IMG/VR virus record: IMGVR_UViG_3300033183_000212
Location: 1-64,000 of that record
Origin: a virus
Strand: one strand, 5' to 3'
DNA length: 64,000 nt
The notes below the pieces were generated by a model. That model did not search any database and was not told where the DNA came from. It worked only from the letters and a program-made list of their open reading frames with translations. Below are positions 41,907 through 50,885 of the stretch, in pieces. Every line of letters starts with the position of its first letter. The first letter of the stretch is position 1. The position numbers and the translations under genes are program-made.

Positions 41907-42875
41907 ATGTCACTCAAAGTATCACATGGAATCGGTGCATGGATTAAGGACTTCCAGAAATCAGATGCTCCCCAATTCAAAGGTAAATCAGATAAAGAGC
42001 GTAGAGATCAGGCCATTGCTGCTTATCTCTCTGCCAAGCGGGCCCAAAAAGAAGGTAAAGAAGAAACACCACCTTTTGATGGTCCGTATAAAAAAGTAAA
42101 GTCTGTTGTTCCTGGCAAACATGGTGAAGGTCCTTCTACCGCTAAGCATCTTGCTAAGCAAGGTATGAAACAGGCTGAGAAGAAGCCAGTAAAAGAAGGT
42201 CTTAAACCAGGTTGGATGCTCAAGAAAGATCCTGAGCTGGCAAAGAAATTAAAAGCTAAAATTGATCTTGCCAAGAAGCGCCAAGCCACCTATGGTGATA
42301 AGAGCGCTGGTAAATCCGTAGGTGAGGCTACTACTTTTGAAGTTGACATTGAAGGTTTGCCAAAGATGTACATCAAGGACAAGTCTCCTGGTGCCGTCAA
42401 AGCTAAGTTGCGTGGCATCGTCAAGCAACCTTCTATGATTCAAGGTGTTGATCGCGTGACCGATGCTGAGATGAAAAAGACATATCGTGATAAGGCACAA
42501 GGCCGTGATGAGGTTGATGAGGCTGTCAAACCTCGTCCAACAGATAGTGCTTTATACAAGACACTTGGTCCAACCAGGCATTATAATCAAGGTGTTGAGG
42601 CTTTGAAGAAGGCTCATGGTTTTACTGCTGCTCAAGCCAAAGGTCATATCAATCGTTTAATGACTCAGATCGCTAAGGCTGATAAGACACAAAAAGAATC
42701 TGTCAAAGAAGTATCTGGCGCAATGGCTCAACGCTATCACGACAAAGCCGCAAAGACACCTCTACCTGCTAATAAGAAGACTCCTGAGAAAGCACTCAAG
42801 AGATTTGCAGGTATGATGAAGGCTCAGGATAGAATCCATCGTGATGAGTTGAAGCGTATTGGAGGCCAGAAATGA
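41907..42875 (+). CDS. Lys-rich hypothetical protein
   Basis: AGGAG SD. 322 aa, basic, low complexity. Confidence 0.55.
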   Translation: MSLKVSHGIGAWIKDFQKSDAPQFKGKSDKERRDQAIAAYLSAKRAQKEGKEETPPFDGPYKKVKSVVPGKHGEGPSTAKHLAKQGMKQAEKKPVKEGLKPGWMLKKDPELAKKLKAKIDLAKKRQATYGDKSAGKSVGEATTFEVDIEGLPKMYIKDKSPGAVKAKLRGIVKQPSMIQGVDRVTDAEMKKTYRDKAQGRDEVDEAVKPRPTDSALYKTLGPTRHYNQGVEALKKAHGFTAAQAKGHINRLMTQIAKADKTQKESVKEVSGAMAQRYHDKAAKTPLPANKKTPEKALKRFAGMMKAQDRIHRDELKRIGGQK

Positions 42876-43204
42876 GAAACATCTGGCAAAAATATGTTAA
42901 TGAAGTAATGGACAAAGACTACGGTACTACCAAAGGTACCAAGTTGGCTAAATCCATGACACCCGGTCAGAATGAAGCTAAGGATGAAGATCCTGGTGAA
43001 TATGATCAAGAAGGCGATATGGCCAAGACGCAGCTACGTACTATCGCTGACGCAGCCAAAGAGCTACATGACATGCTGAGCGATGATCAGAACATGCCAG
43101 AATGGTGTCAAAACAAAATTACAAAGGCACAGGATTATATTGATTCTGTCCGCGACTATCTTAAAGCAGAAAACGACGAGGATGACGAAGATGGAAAAGA
43201 TTGA
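42872..43204 (+). CDS. acidic protein with a CTS-like N-terminus
   Basis: MRNIWQKYVNEV...; C-terminal NDEDDEDGKD. Confidence 0.5.
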   Translation: MRNIWQKYVNEVMDKDYGTTKGTKLAKSMTPGQNEAKDEDPGEYDQEGDMAKTQLRTIADAAKELHDMLSDDQNMPEWCQNKITKAQDYIDSVRDYLKAENDEDDEDGKD

Positions 43205-43553
43205 AAAGTTCAACAAGTTCCGTAGCGACATGATCGACGACATCTGCGAATGCACTAAGATGTATGAAGAGCTTGAGATTGAAGAGGCGACTTATCAAGG
43301 TAAGTCGGTAAAGCTTAACGATCCGGTAAGGTCTTCAGATGGAAAAAAGAAGTTCCATGTTTATGTCCGAAATGATAAGGGCAATATTGTCAAGGTTGGA
43401 TTCGGTGATCCCAACATGGAAATTAAACGTGATGATCCTGCTCGTCGGGCTTCATTTAGGGCTCGCCATAATTGCGATAATCCTGGCCCCAAGTGGAAAG
43501 CAAGATACTGGAGCTGCTATCAGTGGCGCGCCGGTGCAAAGGTCGACAACTGA
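43191..43553 (+). CDS. conserved phage hypothetical protein
   Basis: KKKFHVYVRNDKGNIVKVGFGDPNMEIKRDDPARRASFRARHNC is a block I recall from phage and giant-virus ORFs of unknown function. Confidence 0.5.
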   Translation: MEKIEKFNKFRSDMIDDICECTKMYEELEIEEATYQGKSVKLNDPVRSSDGKKKFHVYVRNDKGNIVKVGFGDPNMEIKRDDPARRASFRARHNCDNPGPKWKARYWSCYQWRAGAKVDN

Positions 43554-43849
43554 TGACAACGCTAGAAGAACACGCAGCGAATGAAAATTCGCGCCTAGAT
43601 AGAATTGAAAGTAAGATAGATAGATTATCTGATGCTGTAGTTGCCATTGCAAGAGCCGAAGAGAAGTTGGCAAGCTTGCAAGGCGACCACACAAAGCTAT
43701 ATGATAGGATGAACAGGTTTTCAGAGAAGCTAGATCATATCGAAGCTTCTGTGAACAAGAACGAGTCTGCAGTGAAGTTGATTAACTTCCTGTTGGGCAC
43801 AATCGTAGTTGCCGTGGCCGGCGCACTAGCCACGATGTGGCTTAACTAA
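43553..43849 (+). CDS. coiled-coil protein with a C-terminal TM helix (XhlA-like topology)
   Basis: SRLDRIESKIDRLSDAV...LINFLLGTIVVAVAGALATMWL. TGATG coupling. Confidence 0.5.
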   Translation: MTTLEEHAANENSRLDRIESKIDRLSDAVVAIARAEEKLASLQGDHTKLYDRMNRFSEKLDHIEASVNKNESAVKLINFLLGTIVVAVAGALATMWLN

Positions 43850-43858
43850 GGAGTAAAA

Positions 43859-44713
43859 ATGAAAAAACTAAGCGAATATACATCGAAAGATGGTAAGTTC
43901 GTGCACCAAGCGAAGGCCGGCAGATACGGCGGCTCTAAGCCTGATGTACAGAAACCTCTGAGAGCACCAAAGAATAAGGACCTTGACAAACTTAAGGACA
44001 ATGAGAAGAAGCCAGAATTGGCTGATGAGAGTTATGGCGCTCAATATAGAAATCCTGGCCTTGAAAAGCTAGCAGCCAAGAAAAGACAAGAAAAAGAAAT
44101 GGCAGCCAAACAGAAAAAAGAAGGTGTTGATGAGAAGTTGGTTGGTAACCAACACAAGATCGATGCTAACAAAGATGGCAAGATCACGTCGCATGATTTC
44201 AAGAAGCTTCGTAAGCAAAAAGGTGAGACCGCTATCATGGATCCTAAGTTGAATATGGAAGTCGTGAAGTCGGCTGACAAAGAGCCGGAAGCTTATACAG
44301 ATCCCAGAACCGGTAAGATTAAATACCGTATGGTCGCTAAGGATAGGGATATGATTAAACAAGAGTCTACAATTCGTCAGAAGTTGTTGTCGATCTTTGA
44401 GAAGAAAGATCCTCATACAAAAGGTGCTGTGTCAGATCCTATGGGTAGCAACATTAAGGGTGCCGGTGCACAGAAGATGGTTGATGACAATAAGGATGAT
44501 GGTAGATATAAGGACCTGGAAAAGCAATCTCACGATGATGCTTCGAAAGCTGGACGCGTAGGCCCTAACGCTAAGGCTCGTCCTAACGACAACAAGCAAG
44601 GCGACAAGAAGATCATTAATCCCGTTGATGATGTCACCAAGAAAGCTGGTGGATCTGCCGAAGTTAAAGAAGAGTCCATCATGGACAAGGTGATCGCTTA
44701 TCTAAGAAAGTAA
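43859..44713 (+). CDS. Lys-rich hypothetical protein
   Basis: AAGGAG SD. Low-complexity and basic. Confidence 0.5.
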   Translation: MKKLSEYTSKDGKFVHQAKAGRYGGSKPDVQKPLRAPKNKDLDKLKDNEKKPELADESYGAQYRNPGLEKLAAKKRQEKEMAAKQKKEGVDEKLVGNQHKIDANKDGKITSHDFKKLRKQKGETAIMDPKLNMEVVKSADKEPEAYTDPRTGKIKYRMVAKDRDMIKQESTIRQKLLSIFEKKDPHTKGAVSDPMGSNIKGAGAQKMVDDNKDDGRYKDLEKQSHDDASKAGRVGPNAKARPNDNKQGDKKIINPVDDVTKKAGGSAEVKEESIMDKVIAYLRK

Positions 44714-44716
44714 ATC

Positions 44717-44890
44717 ATGCAACAATTGAATGAAGCACCTCGTAATAACAAGAGCTTGGAGGAAATGACTAAGGCTGAACTCCAAGCTCTTGCTGAACAG
44801 TTTGGTATGAAACTCGAACCTAACTTGTCTCGTGGTCAGATGATCGCAGAAGTAGAAGAGATTCAGATTCTGAATAAGATGTACGGTTAA
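44717..44890 (+). CDS. 57-aa helix-extension-helix (Rho-N/SAP-like) protein
   Basis: Below the track cutoff. LEEMTKAELQALAEQFGMKL. Its stop overlaps the next ATG (TAATG). Confidence 0.45.
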   Translation: MQQLNEAPRNNKSLEEMTKAELQALAEQFGMKLEPNLSRGQMIAEVEEIQILNKMYG

Positions 44891-45264
44891 TGATTCATGA
44901 ATTGACTGAAGAGAACTTGTTTCTCTACGCTGCAAAGCATTATTATAATCCTAAGTTCACCGATGTTGAAGAGTTTAAAGAAGACTTAAATAGATTCAAG
45001 TATATTAAAAGACTCTTTAATAGATATCTTCAAGATGGTGACTTAGCTGATCGATTAATCATGAATCACTTGATCGTAGTATCTAACGTGTTCGGTATTG
45101 AACCGATGCTGAAGATGTTAGAGTTAAAGTTAGATGATAAGCACTGGCCTGTCATAAAGCCCTTTCTTATCTTCTTAAAGTATATCACTAACGAACAGTA
45201 CATCGATGTGCCGTTAGATAAAGTTGTTGTTGAGAGGTTAAGAGAAGTACATGGGAATCGTTAA
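44890..45264 (+). CDS. hypothetical protein
   Basis: Coupled ORF. Confidence 0.5.
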   Translation: MIHELTEENLFLYAAKHYYNPKFTDVEEFKEDLNRFKYIKRLFNRYLQDGDLADRLIMNHLIVVSNVFGIEPMLKMLELKLDDKHWPVIKPFLIFLKYITNEQYIDVPLDKVVVERLREVHGNR

Positions 45265-45838
45265 GAGAGCTGCGGATCTAGCATACACAATCAGGTTTGT
45301 TACCCTGATGGCTACTCCTTTCGAGAACATGGACGCCTACAAGCTCGGTGTCATCGATAGGGAAGGCAATCGAATTAGATCTGTTAAATTAGACAGTGAC
45401 GAAAAGAAGAGCTCCTACACACCTTTTATTCGTCTAGCAGTAAATCTCAAACGATTAGTGTCAAACATTCCCGGTGGTGGAACTCGTTTAGGAAGTCTTG
45501 CTTCAGCTCTGTTTCTCATTAAAGAGAACTATAATCTAGAAGATAAAAACATCAGTAAGATCTTAGAGAAGTTTGATATTGAACCTCTTGATTTTATCAC
45601 TGAAAGATCTGAATGGTTTGTTACAAAGGATGATATGTTGAGTCCTGGCATTTATAGACTAGGTGCTAGGAAGATGATAAACACTACGTATGATTTTGTT
45701 TGTAATCCAAAAGATATGATACGTGTTCATGAAGACTGCTATCCTTCAGGTGATGTGTTTGGAATAAATATATACAAAGCCACACACATGCCGACTAAGC
45801 AAGAAATCTTCATCACCGCAACAGAGATCTACAAATGA
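45251..45838 (+). CDS. hypothetical protein
   Basis: Coupled ORF. Confidence 0.5.
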   Translation: MGIVKRAADLAYTIRFVTLMATPFENMDAYKLGVIDREGNRIRSVKLDSDEKKSSYTPFIRLAVNLKRLVSNIPGGGTRLGSLASALFLIKENYNLEDKNISKILEKFDIEPLDFITERSEWFVTKDDMLSPGIYRLGARKMINTTYDFVCNPKDMIRVHEDCYPSGDVFGINIYKATHMPTKQEIFITATEIYK

Positions 45839-46119
45839 AAGAACAATCACAAGGTCTATGGGCAAACATCTGGGCCAAGCGCCGCAGAGGTGAACGTATG
45901 CGTAAGAAAGGCGAAAAGGGTGCACCTTCCGCTAAAGATATTAAGTCGGCTCAAGAAAGCATGATGACTGCAGCCGATGCTGGTATTCCTCATGACACCA
46001 AGACGATGGGTCCTAGATTTAAGACTACAGTCATGCATGATCGTAGGCGTAAGAAGAACGCTATGCCAGTTCTTTTGAAAAGATTTCGTAAGTACATTGA
46101 GGACAACAACATAGGATAA
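45835..46119 (+). CDS. basic hypothetical protein
   Basis: ATGA-coupled ORF. Confidence 0.45.
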   Translation: MKEQSQGLWANIWAKRRRGERMRKKGEKGAPSAKDIKSAQESMMTAADAGIPHDTKTMGPRFKTTVMHDRRRKKNAMPVLLKRFRKYIEDNNIG

Positions 46120-46123
46120 CATT

Positions 46124-46600
46124 ATGTTTGGTGCAGGACAGATCATCAAGATCGTCGCTATATTAATTATTGTTTTAGTTATAGCAGGTGGAATTTATTA
46201 CATCACCGATCTCAAAGCAGCCTTAGTCACTTCTCAGATGAATGAGCAGAAGTTAGAAGAAGGCATAGAAGCTCAGAACAGATTACTCGAGTCGATGAAG
46301 GCTGACATCGAGGCAATTCAAAAGACGAACGAAGAGCTTCGTAAAGAGAATGAACAACAAAAGAAAGATGTAGACGCATTGGCGAAGAAGTTCGACAAGC
46401 GTGACCTTGGCGTGTTTGCTATTGCTAATACAGCCAAACTACAAGAATTGATCGAACGTGGTACAAAGAACGCACTACGTTGTTTAGAAATTGCAACTGG
46501 CTCTCCCTTGACTGAGGAAGAAAAGAATGCAGCCACACCATTAGAGGCCAACCGTGAATGCCCGGCACTTATTAATCCTAACTATTCCTCTGCTAATTAG
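46124..46600 (+). CDS. i-spanin-like protein (N-terminal TM plus coiled coil)
   Basis: IIKIVAILIIVLVIAGGIYYI followed by a long charged helical region. Confidence 0.55.
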   Translation: MFGAGQIIKIVAILIIVLVIAGGIYYITDLKAALVTSQMNEQKLEEGIEAQNRLLESMKADIEAIQKTNEELRKENEQQKKDVDALAKKFDKRDLGVFAIANTAKLQELIERGTKNALRCLEIATGSPLTEEEKNAATPLEANRECPALINPNYSSAN

Positions 46601-46946
46601 TGGCTGTGGTACTCTGTGGCCAAGTGCTCCGGAGGTCAAGCAGGTACAGATACAAACCAAAGCGGTTGAGCGTACGCGTCTCAATTTAAAAGAGCCTGAG
46701 CCTCTCAAGGCTCGTGAGATCAAGTTCATCATTATTACTAAAGAGAACTTTGAAACTGTAATGAAGGACCTTGTTGATAAAAACATGGATCCTGTCGTAT
46801 TTGCACTTACCGATGACGGTTATCAACAGCTATCACTTACTATTGCTGAGATTAGAAATATACTTGCAACTCAACGATCTATCATCACTCGATACAAAGA
46901 ATATTATGAGCCAGAAGTGAAAAAAGATAGTGTACAAGATCAGTGA
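46554..46946 (+). CDS. o-spanin-like outer-membrane lipoprotein
   Basis: GTG start. MNARHLLILTIPLLISGC contains the lipobox I-S-G-C. Starts inside the 3' end of the i-spanin gene in another frame. Confidence 0.5.
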   Translation: MNARHLLILTIPLLISGCGTLWPSAPEVKQVQIQTKAVERTRLNLKEPEPLKAREIKFIIITKENFETVMKDLVDKNMDPVVFALTDDGYQQLSLTIAEIRNILATQRSIITRYKEYYEPEVKKDSVQDQ

Positions 46947-46959
46947 TTTGATATATAAT
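46931..46959 (+). promoter_or_regulatory. promoter TGTACA-N17-TATAAT upstream of nrdA
   Basis: Exact spacing. Confidence 0.5.
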
Positions 46960-47009
46960 ACTACTTCCAGATAAATTTACACGACCCCATACGGGCGTAA
47001 GGGGATACT

Positions 47010-49007
47010 ATGCCTATACACTTGTCGAGAGACAGAGATGACCTATTGACTGAATATGCAATAGGGATGCTCAAAGACTTCTATATGAATGATTATGAGA
47101 AGTCTCCCCAGGAAGCTTTCTCGAGAGCTTCACAAGCTTGGTCTAAATACAAAGGTCAGGCTGATGATGAACTAGCTCAAAGACTATATGATTATGTAAG
47201 TAAGAAGTGGTTCATGTTTGCTAGTCCGGTGTTATCAAATGCACCGAATGGATCTAAGAAAGATAAGGGTCTTCCTATCTCTTGTTTCCTCACTTATGTA
47301 CCAGACACACTCGAAGGATTGATCTCTCATTCAAGTGAACTGCGTTGGTTGTCCGTCTTTGGTGGTGGCGTCGGTGGCCACTGGTCAGACGTACGTTCTG
47401 TGACTGACAAGGCTCCTGGTCCTATTCCTTTCTTGCACACTGTCGATGCAGACATGATTGCATACAGACAAGGTAAGACACGTAAGGGATCGTACGCTGC
47501 ATACATGGACATCTCTCACCCTGACGTGGTTGAGTTCATGAACCTGCGTATTCCGACAGGTGACGTACAGCGTAAGGCATTGAACCTACACAACGCCATC
47601 AACATCACCGACGACTTCATGAAAGCTGTAGTTGCCGGTGAGATGTGGCAGTTAAAAGATCCACACGACGGCAAGGTCACTGAGGAGATCAGTGCACGTA
47701 AGTTGTGGGAACGTATCCTTGAGATTCGGTTCCGCACCGGTGAACCTTACTTGAACTTTATTGACCGTGCAAACGAGCACTTGCCACAACCTTTGAAAGA
47801 TTTAGGATTAAAGATTCATGGCTCGAACCTTTGTAATGAAATTCATCTACCTACCAGTCCTGATCGCACTGCGGTCTGTTGCCTATCTTCTCTTAACCTT
47901 GAGTTCTATGAGGATTGGAAGCATACGACCATTGTCGAAGACCTCATCACTATGCTGGACAATGTACTCGAATATTTTATCGAGAACGCTCCAGATGAAA
48001 TTTCCAGAGCGCGCTACTCAGCTCAAAGAGAGCGTTCAATTGGTCTCGGAACAATGGGATTCCATTCCCTACTACAAAGCCAGCACGTGGCTTGGGAATC
48101 AGAACTCGCAAGAGAGATCAACGAAGTAGTATTCAAGACAATCAATGAGAGAGCGGTGAAGCAGACGATGCAACTAGCTCAAGAACGCGGTGAGTATCCA
48201 GATGGTATAGGATCTGGTCGCCGCAACGCCCACCTCTTGGCTATCGCCCCCAATGCATCGTCTGCTATCATCCTTGGTGCATCACCTTCGATTGAACCTA
48301 ACAAGGCAAATGCATACACTCATCGTACACGTGCAGGTTCATTCCTTGTCAAGAACAGATACCTTGAGAGAGTACTTGATCAGCATAGAGAAAACAACGA
48401 ATCGAATTGGACAAGCATTATTACAAATAAAGGATCGGTACAGCACTTGCCGTTCCTTACAGAAGGTGAAAAGGCGATATTTAAGACTGCTGACGAACTC
48501 AACCAAGAATGGGTAGTTCAGCATCCGGCCGACAGGCAGAAGTACATCTGTCAGGGTCAGTCGGTTAACCTGTTCTTCCCGTCTGGTGCATCGCGTTCCT
48601 ATGTGAACAAGGTACACATCAAGGCGTGGAAAGAAGGACTTAAGGGTTTATATTATCTGAGAACTGAATCGAAGGCAAGGGCCGAGAACGTCTCAGAGAA
48701 GGTTGAACGCGTTGCGTTGCAAGACGACAACCGCACTATTGTATATGGTAAGATGGATTGCCCGTGGTGCGCAAGAGCCAAAGAGGAACTTGCAGTGCGT
48801 GGTATTCCTTTTGACTATATCGATCTACAAGAGATCGGCAAGACTGCGAAGGAGGTCACAGGTCGTGATGTGAAGACCGTACCGCAGATCTATGTCGAAG
48901 GTAAATACGTTGGTGGTTATGAACAACTAATGGAACATTTAAACAACACACAGACACAAGAGTTGGCAATGGCTGACGGTGATGAGTGTAAGGCATGCGA
49001 GGGATAA
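47010..49007 (+). CDS. nrdA: class I ribonucleotide reductase alpha subunit with a C-terminal glutaredoxin domain
   Basis: GSNLCNEI catalytic block and no ATP-cone. C-terminal IVYGKMDCPWCARAKEEL...VPQIYVEGKYVGGYEQL is a Grx fold, followed by the tail DECKACEG. Confidence 0.9.
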   Translation: MPIHLSRDRDDLLTEYAIGMLKDFYMNDYEKSPQEAFSRASQAWSKYKGQADDELAQRLYDYVSKKWFMFASPVLSNAPNGSKKDKGLPISCFLTYVPDTLEGLISHSSELRWLSVFGGGVGGHWSDVRSVTDKAPGPIPFLHTVDADMIAYRQGKTRKGSYAAYMDISHPDVVEFMNLRIPTGDVQRKALNLHNAINITDDFMKAVVAGEMWQLKDPHDGKVTEEISARKLWERILEIRFRTGEPYLNFIDRANEHLPQPLKDLGLKIHGSNLCNEIHLPTSPDRTAVCCLSSLNLEFYEDWKHTTIVEDLITMLDNVLEYFIENAPDEISRARYSAQRERSIGLGTMGFHSLLQSQHVAWESELAREINEVVFKTINERAVKQTMQLAQERGEYPDGIGSGRRNAHLLAIAPNASSAIILGASPSIEPNKANAYTHRTRAGSFLVKNRYLERVLDQHRENNESNWTSIITNKGSVQHLPFLTEGEKAIFKTADELNQEWVVQHPADRQKYICQGQSVNLFFPSGASRSYVNKVHIKAWKEGLKGLYYLRTESKARAENVSEKVERVALQDDNRTIVYGKMDCPWCARAKEELAVRGIPFDYIDLQEIGKTAKEVTGRDVKTVPQIYVEGKYVGGYEQLMEHLNNTQTQELAMADGDECKACEG

Positions 49008-49976
49008 ATGTCACTATTCAAACAATCAAGAACATACAAGCCGTTCATGTATCCTTGGGCGGTAGAACTAGCAAAAAAACATGAAGAGATTCACTGGGTT
49101 GAAGATGAGGCTGAACTTTCAGAAGACGTACAGGACTGGCGCACTAAGCTTTCTTCTGATGAGAAAGAATTTATCACACAGGTTCTACGTCTCTTTACTC
49201 AGTCCGATGTACAGGTTGGCGAGAACTATCATGAGTTCTTGATCCCCAAGTTCAAGAACAATGAGGTCAGAAACATGTTGTCGTCTTTCGCTGCAAGAGA
49301 GACGGTACATCAGAGAGCTTATGCCCTATTGAACGATACTCTGGGTTTGCCTGATGAGGAGTATCATAAGTTCCTCGAATACAAGGCGATGGCTGACAAG
49401 ATCGACTTCATGTCTGAAGGTAAGATCGTTACGCAGACAGACCTGGCACTAACACTAGCTCAATCGGTGTTTAACGAAGGAATGTCATTGTTCTCATCAT
49501 TTGTTATGTTGTTGAACTTCCAGCGCTTCGGTAAGATGAAGGGTATGGGTACAATCGTTGAGTGGTCGATTCGTGATGAGACGATTCACGTACAAGGCAA
49601 CGCTAAGTTGTTCCGCACTATGTGTGACGAGCATCCTCGTATCGTAAACGACGAGCTCAAGTCGAAGATCTACGAGATGGCCAAGCGTGCAGTTGAACTT
49701 GAAGACAAGTTTGTACAACTGGCATTTAATGGTTCTGACGTACAAGGTCTGACAAGAGATGAGGTAAAACTCTATATCCGTCACATCGCTGACCGTCGTC
49801 TGTTGCAACTCGGCCTGAAGCCAAAGTTCAAGGTAAAAGACAATCCACTGCCTTGGTTGGATTGGGTGCTCAACGGTGCTTCTCATGATAACTTCTTTGA
49901 GAAGCGTGTTACAGAATACTCGGTCACTGGTATGGAGGGTGACTGGGGTTGGGAAGATGAAAGGCTTGCAGCATGA
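49008..49976 (+). CDS. nrdB: ribonucleotide reductase beta subunit
   Basis: HWVEDEAELSEDVQDW, ARETVHQRAY and SIRDETIHV are di-iron ligand blocks. Confidence 0.9.
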   Translation: MSLFKQSRTYKPFMYPWAVELAKKHEEIHWVEDEAELSEDVQDWRTKLSSDEKEFITQVLRLFTQSDVQVGENYHEFLIPKFKNNEVRNMLSSFAARETVHQRAYALLNDTLGLPDEEYHKFLEYKAMADKIDFMSEGKIVTQTDLALTLAQSVFNEGMSLFSSFVMLLNFQRFGKMKGMGTIVEWSIRDETIHVQGNAKLFRTMCDEHPRIVNDELKSKIYEMAKRAVELEDKFVQLAFNGSDVQGLTRDEVKLYIRHIADRRLLQLGLKPKFKVKDNPLPWLDWVLNGASHDNFFEKRVTEYSVTGMEGDWGWEDERLAA

Positions 49977-50125
49977 CAGAATATCGTATAGAGTGCGAAG
50001 AGTGCAATAATGTATCAACCGTCCTAACACAATATACAATTGATGAACCACAGTTCTGCCCTATGTGTGGTCGTAGGGCAGAGCCAGAAGAGATAGACGA
50101 GGAAGACGATTACGATGATACTTGA
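49973..50125 (+). CDS. 50-aa zinc-ribbon protein with an acidic tail
   Basis: Below the track cutoff. ATGA overlap with nrdB. CEEC...CPMC. Confidence 0.4.
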   Translation: MTEYRIECEECNNVSTVLTQYTIDEPQFCPMCGRRAEPEEIDEEDDYDDT

Positions 50126-50447
50126 TATACTCATTCAGATTGTAGTGATTTGGCTAGCCGTTCAGACAGGAGCATACTTACAGAGATTGAAGGATGAACT
50201 AGAAGATGAAATGGATGAAGAGCCTGGCAAGGTTGACTCTATCACTGCCATCGTTGAGTATCATGACGGTACCATGTACGCTTGGGAGTCCGAACATCAT
50301 GACTTCCTAGGCCAAGGTAAAACCCTTGAACAACTAGAAGATCACATTGAAAAGAGATGCAAAGAACTCTATACACAAGATGTAAGAGTTCGCATGACAA
50401 CCGAAGATCCAACTCTCATAAAGAACTTTGCCACGCGTAATACATAA
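50115..50447 (+). CDS. hypothetical protein with an N-terminal TM helix
   Basis: ILDILIQIVVIWLAVQTGAYL. Confidence 0.45.
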   Translation: MILDILIQIVVIWLAVQTGAYLQRLKDELEDEMDEEPGKVDSITAIVEYHDGTMYAWESEHHDFLGQGKTLEQLEDHIEKRCKELYTQDVRVRMTTEDPTLIKNFATRNT

Positions 50448-50451
50448 TTAC

Positions 50452-50853
50452 ATGTGGACATATAATGGCAAAGAGTTAACCGAAACACCAGAAGAGTATC
50501 AGGGATTCGTCTACTGTATCACAGAGCTTGATACAGGAATGATGTATATCGGTAAGAAGTTCTTTTGGAAACCAAAGATCCTACCAAAGAATAAGACACG
50601 AAAGCGTAGAGTGCGTACTCGTGTCGAGTCTGACTGGAGGGATTACTACGGCTCAAACAAACTCGTCATCCAACTCGTTGAAGAGAAGGGACGGGATAAC
50701 TATAAGCGTGAGATCTTACGTATGTGTAAGACCAGAGGAGAGTGTGCCTACTATGAGGCTAAGCTCCAGTTCGAACATGATGTATTATTAAATCCAAAGT
50801 ATTACAATGAGTTTATTGGTTGTAAGATTAACGCCTCTCACCTTAAAAATTAA
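50452..50853 (+). CDS. GIY-YIG-like nuclease domain protein
   Basis: YQGFVYCITELDTGMMYIGKK resembles GIY-(x10)-YIG. Located just after nrdAB. Confidence 0.45.
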   Translation: MWTYNGKELTETPEEYQGFVYCITELDTGMMYIGKKFFWKPKILPKNKTRKRRVRTRVESDWRDYYGSNKLVIQLVEEKGRDNYKREILRMCKTRGECAYYEAKLQFEHDVLLNPKYYNEFIGCKINASHLKN

Positions 50854-50856
50854 TGG

Positions 50857-50885
50857 TTTACAAGCTCGAGAATCTATGGTATAAT
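50857..50885 (+). promoter_or_regulatory. promoter TTTACA-N17-TATAAT upstream of rnh
   Basis: tttacaagctcgagaatctatggtataat. Confidence 0.6.

Noticed and set aside
49497-50051. 184-aa minus-strand ORF
   Set aside because: Antisense to nrdB, whose di-iron motifs are clear.
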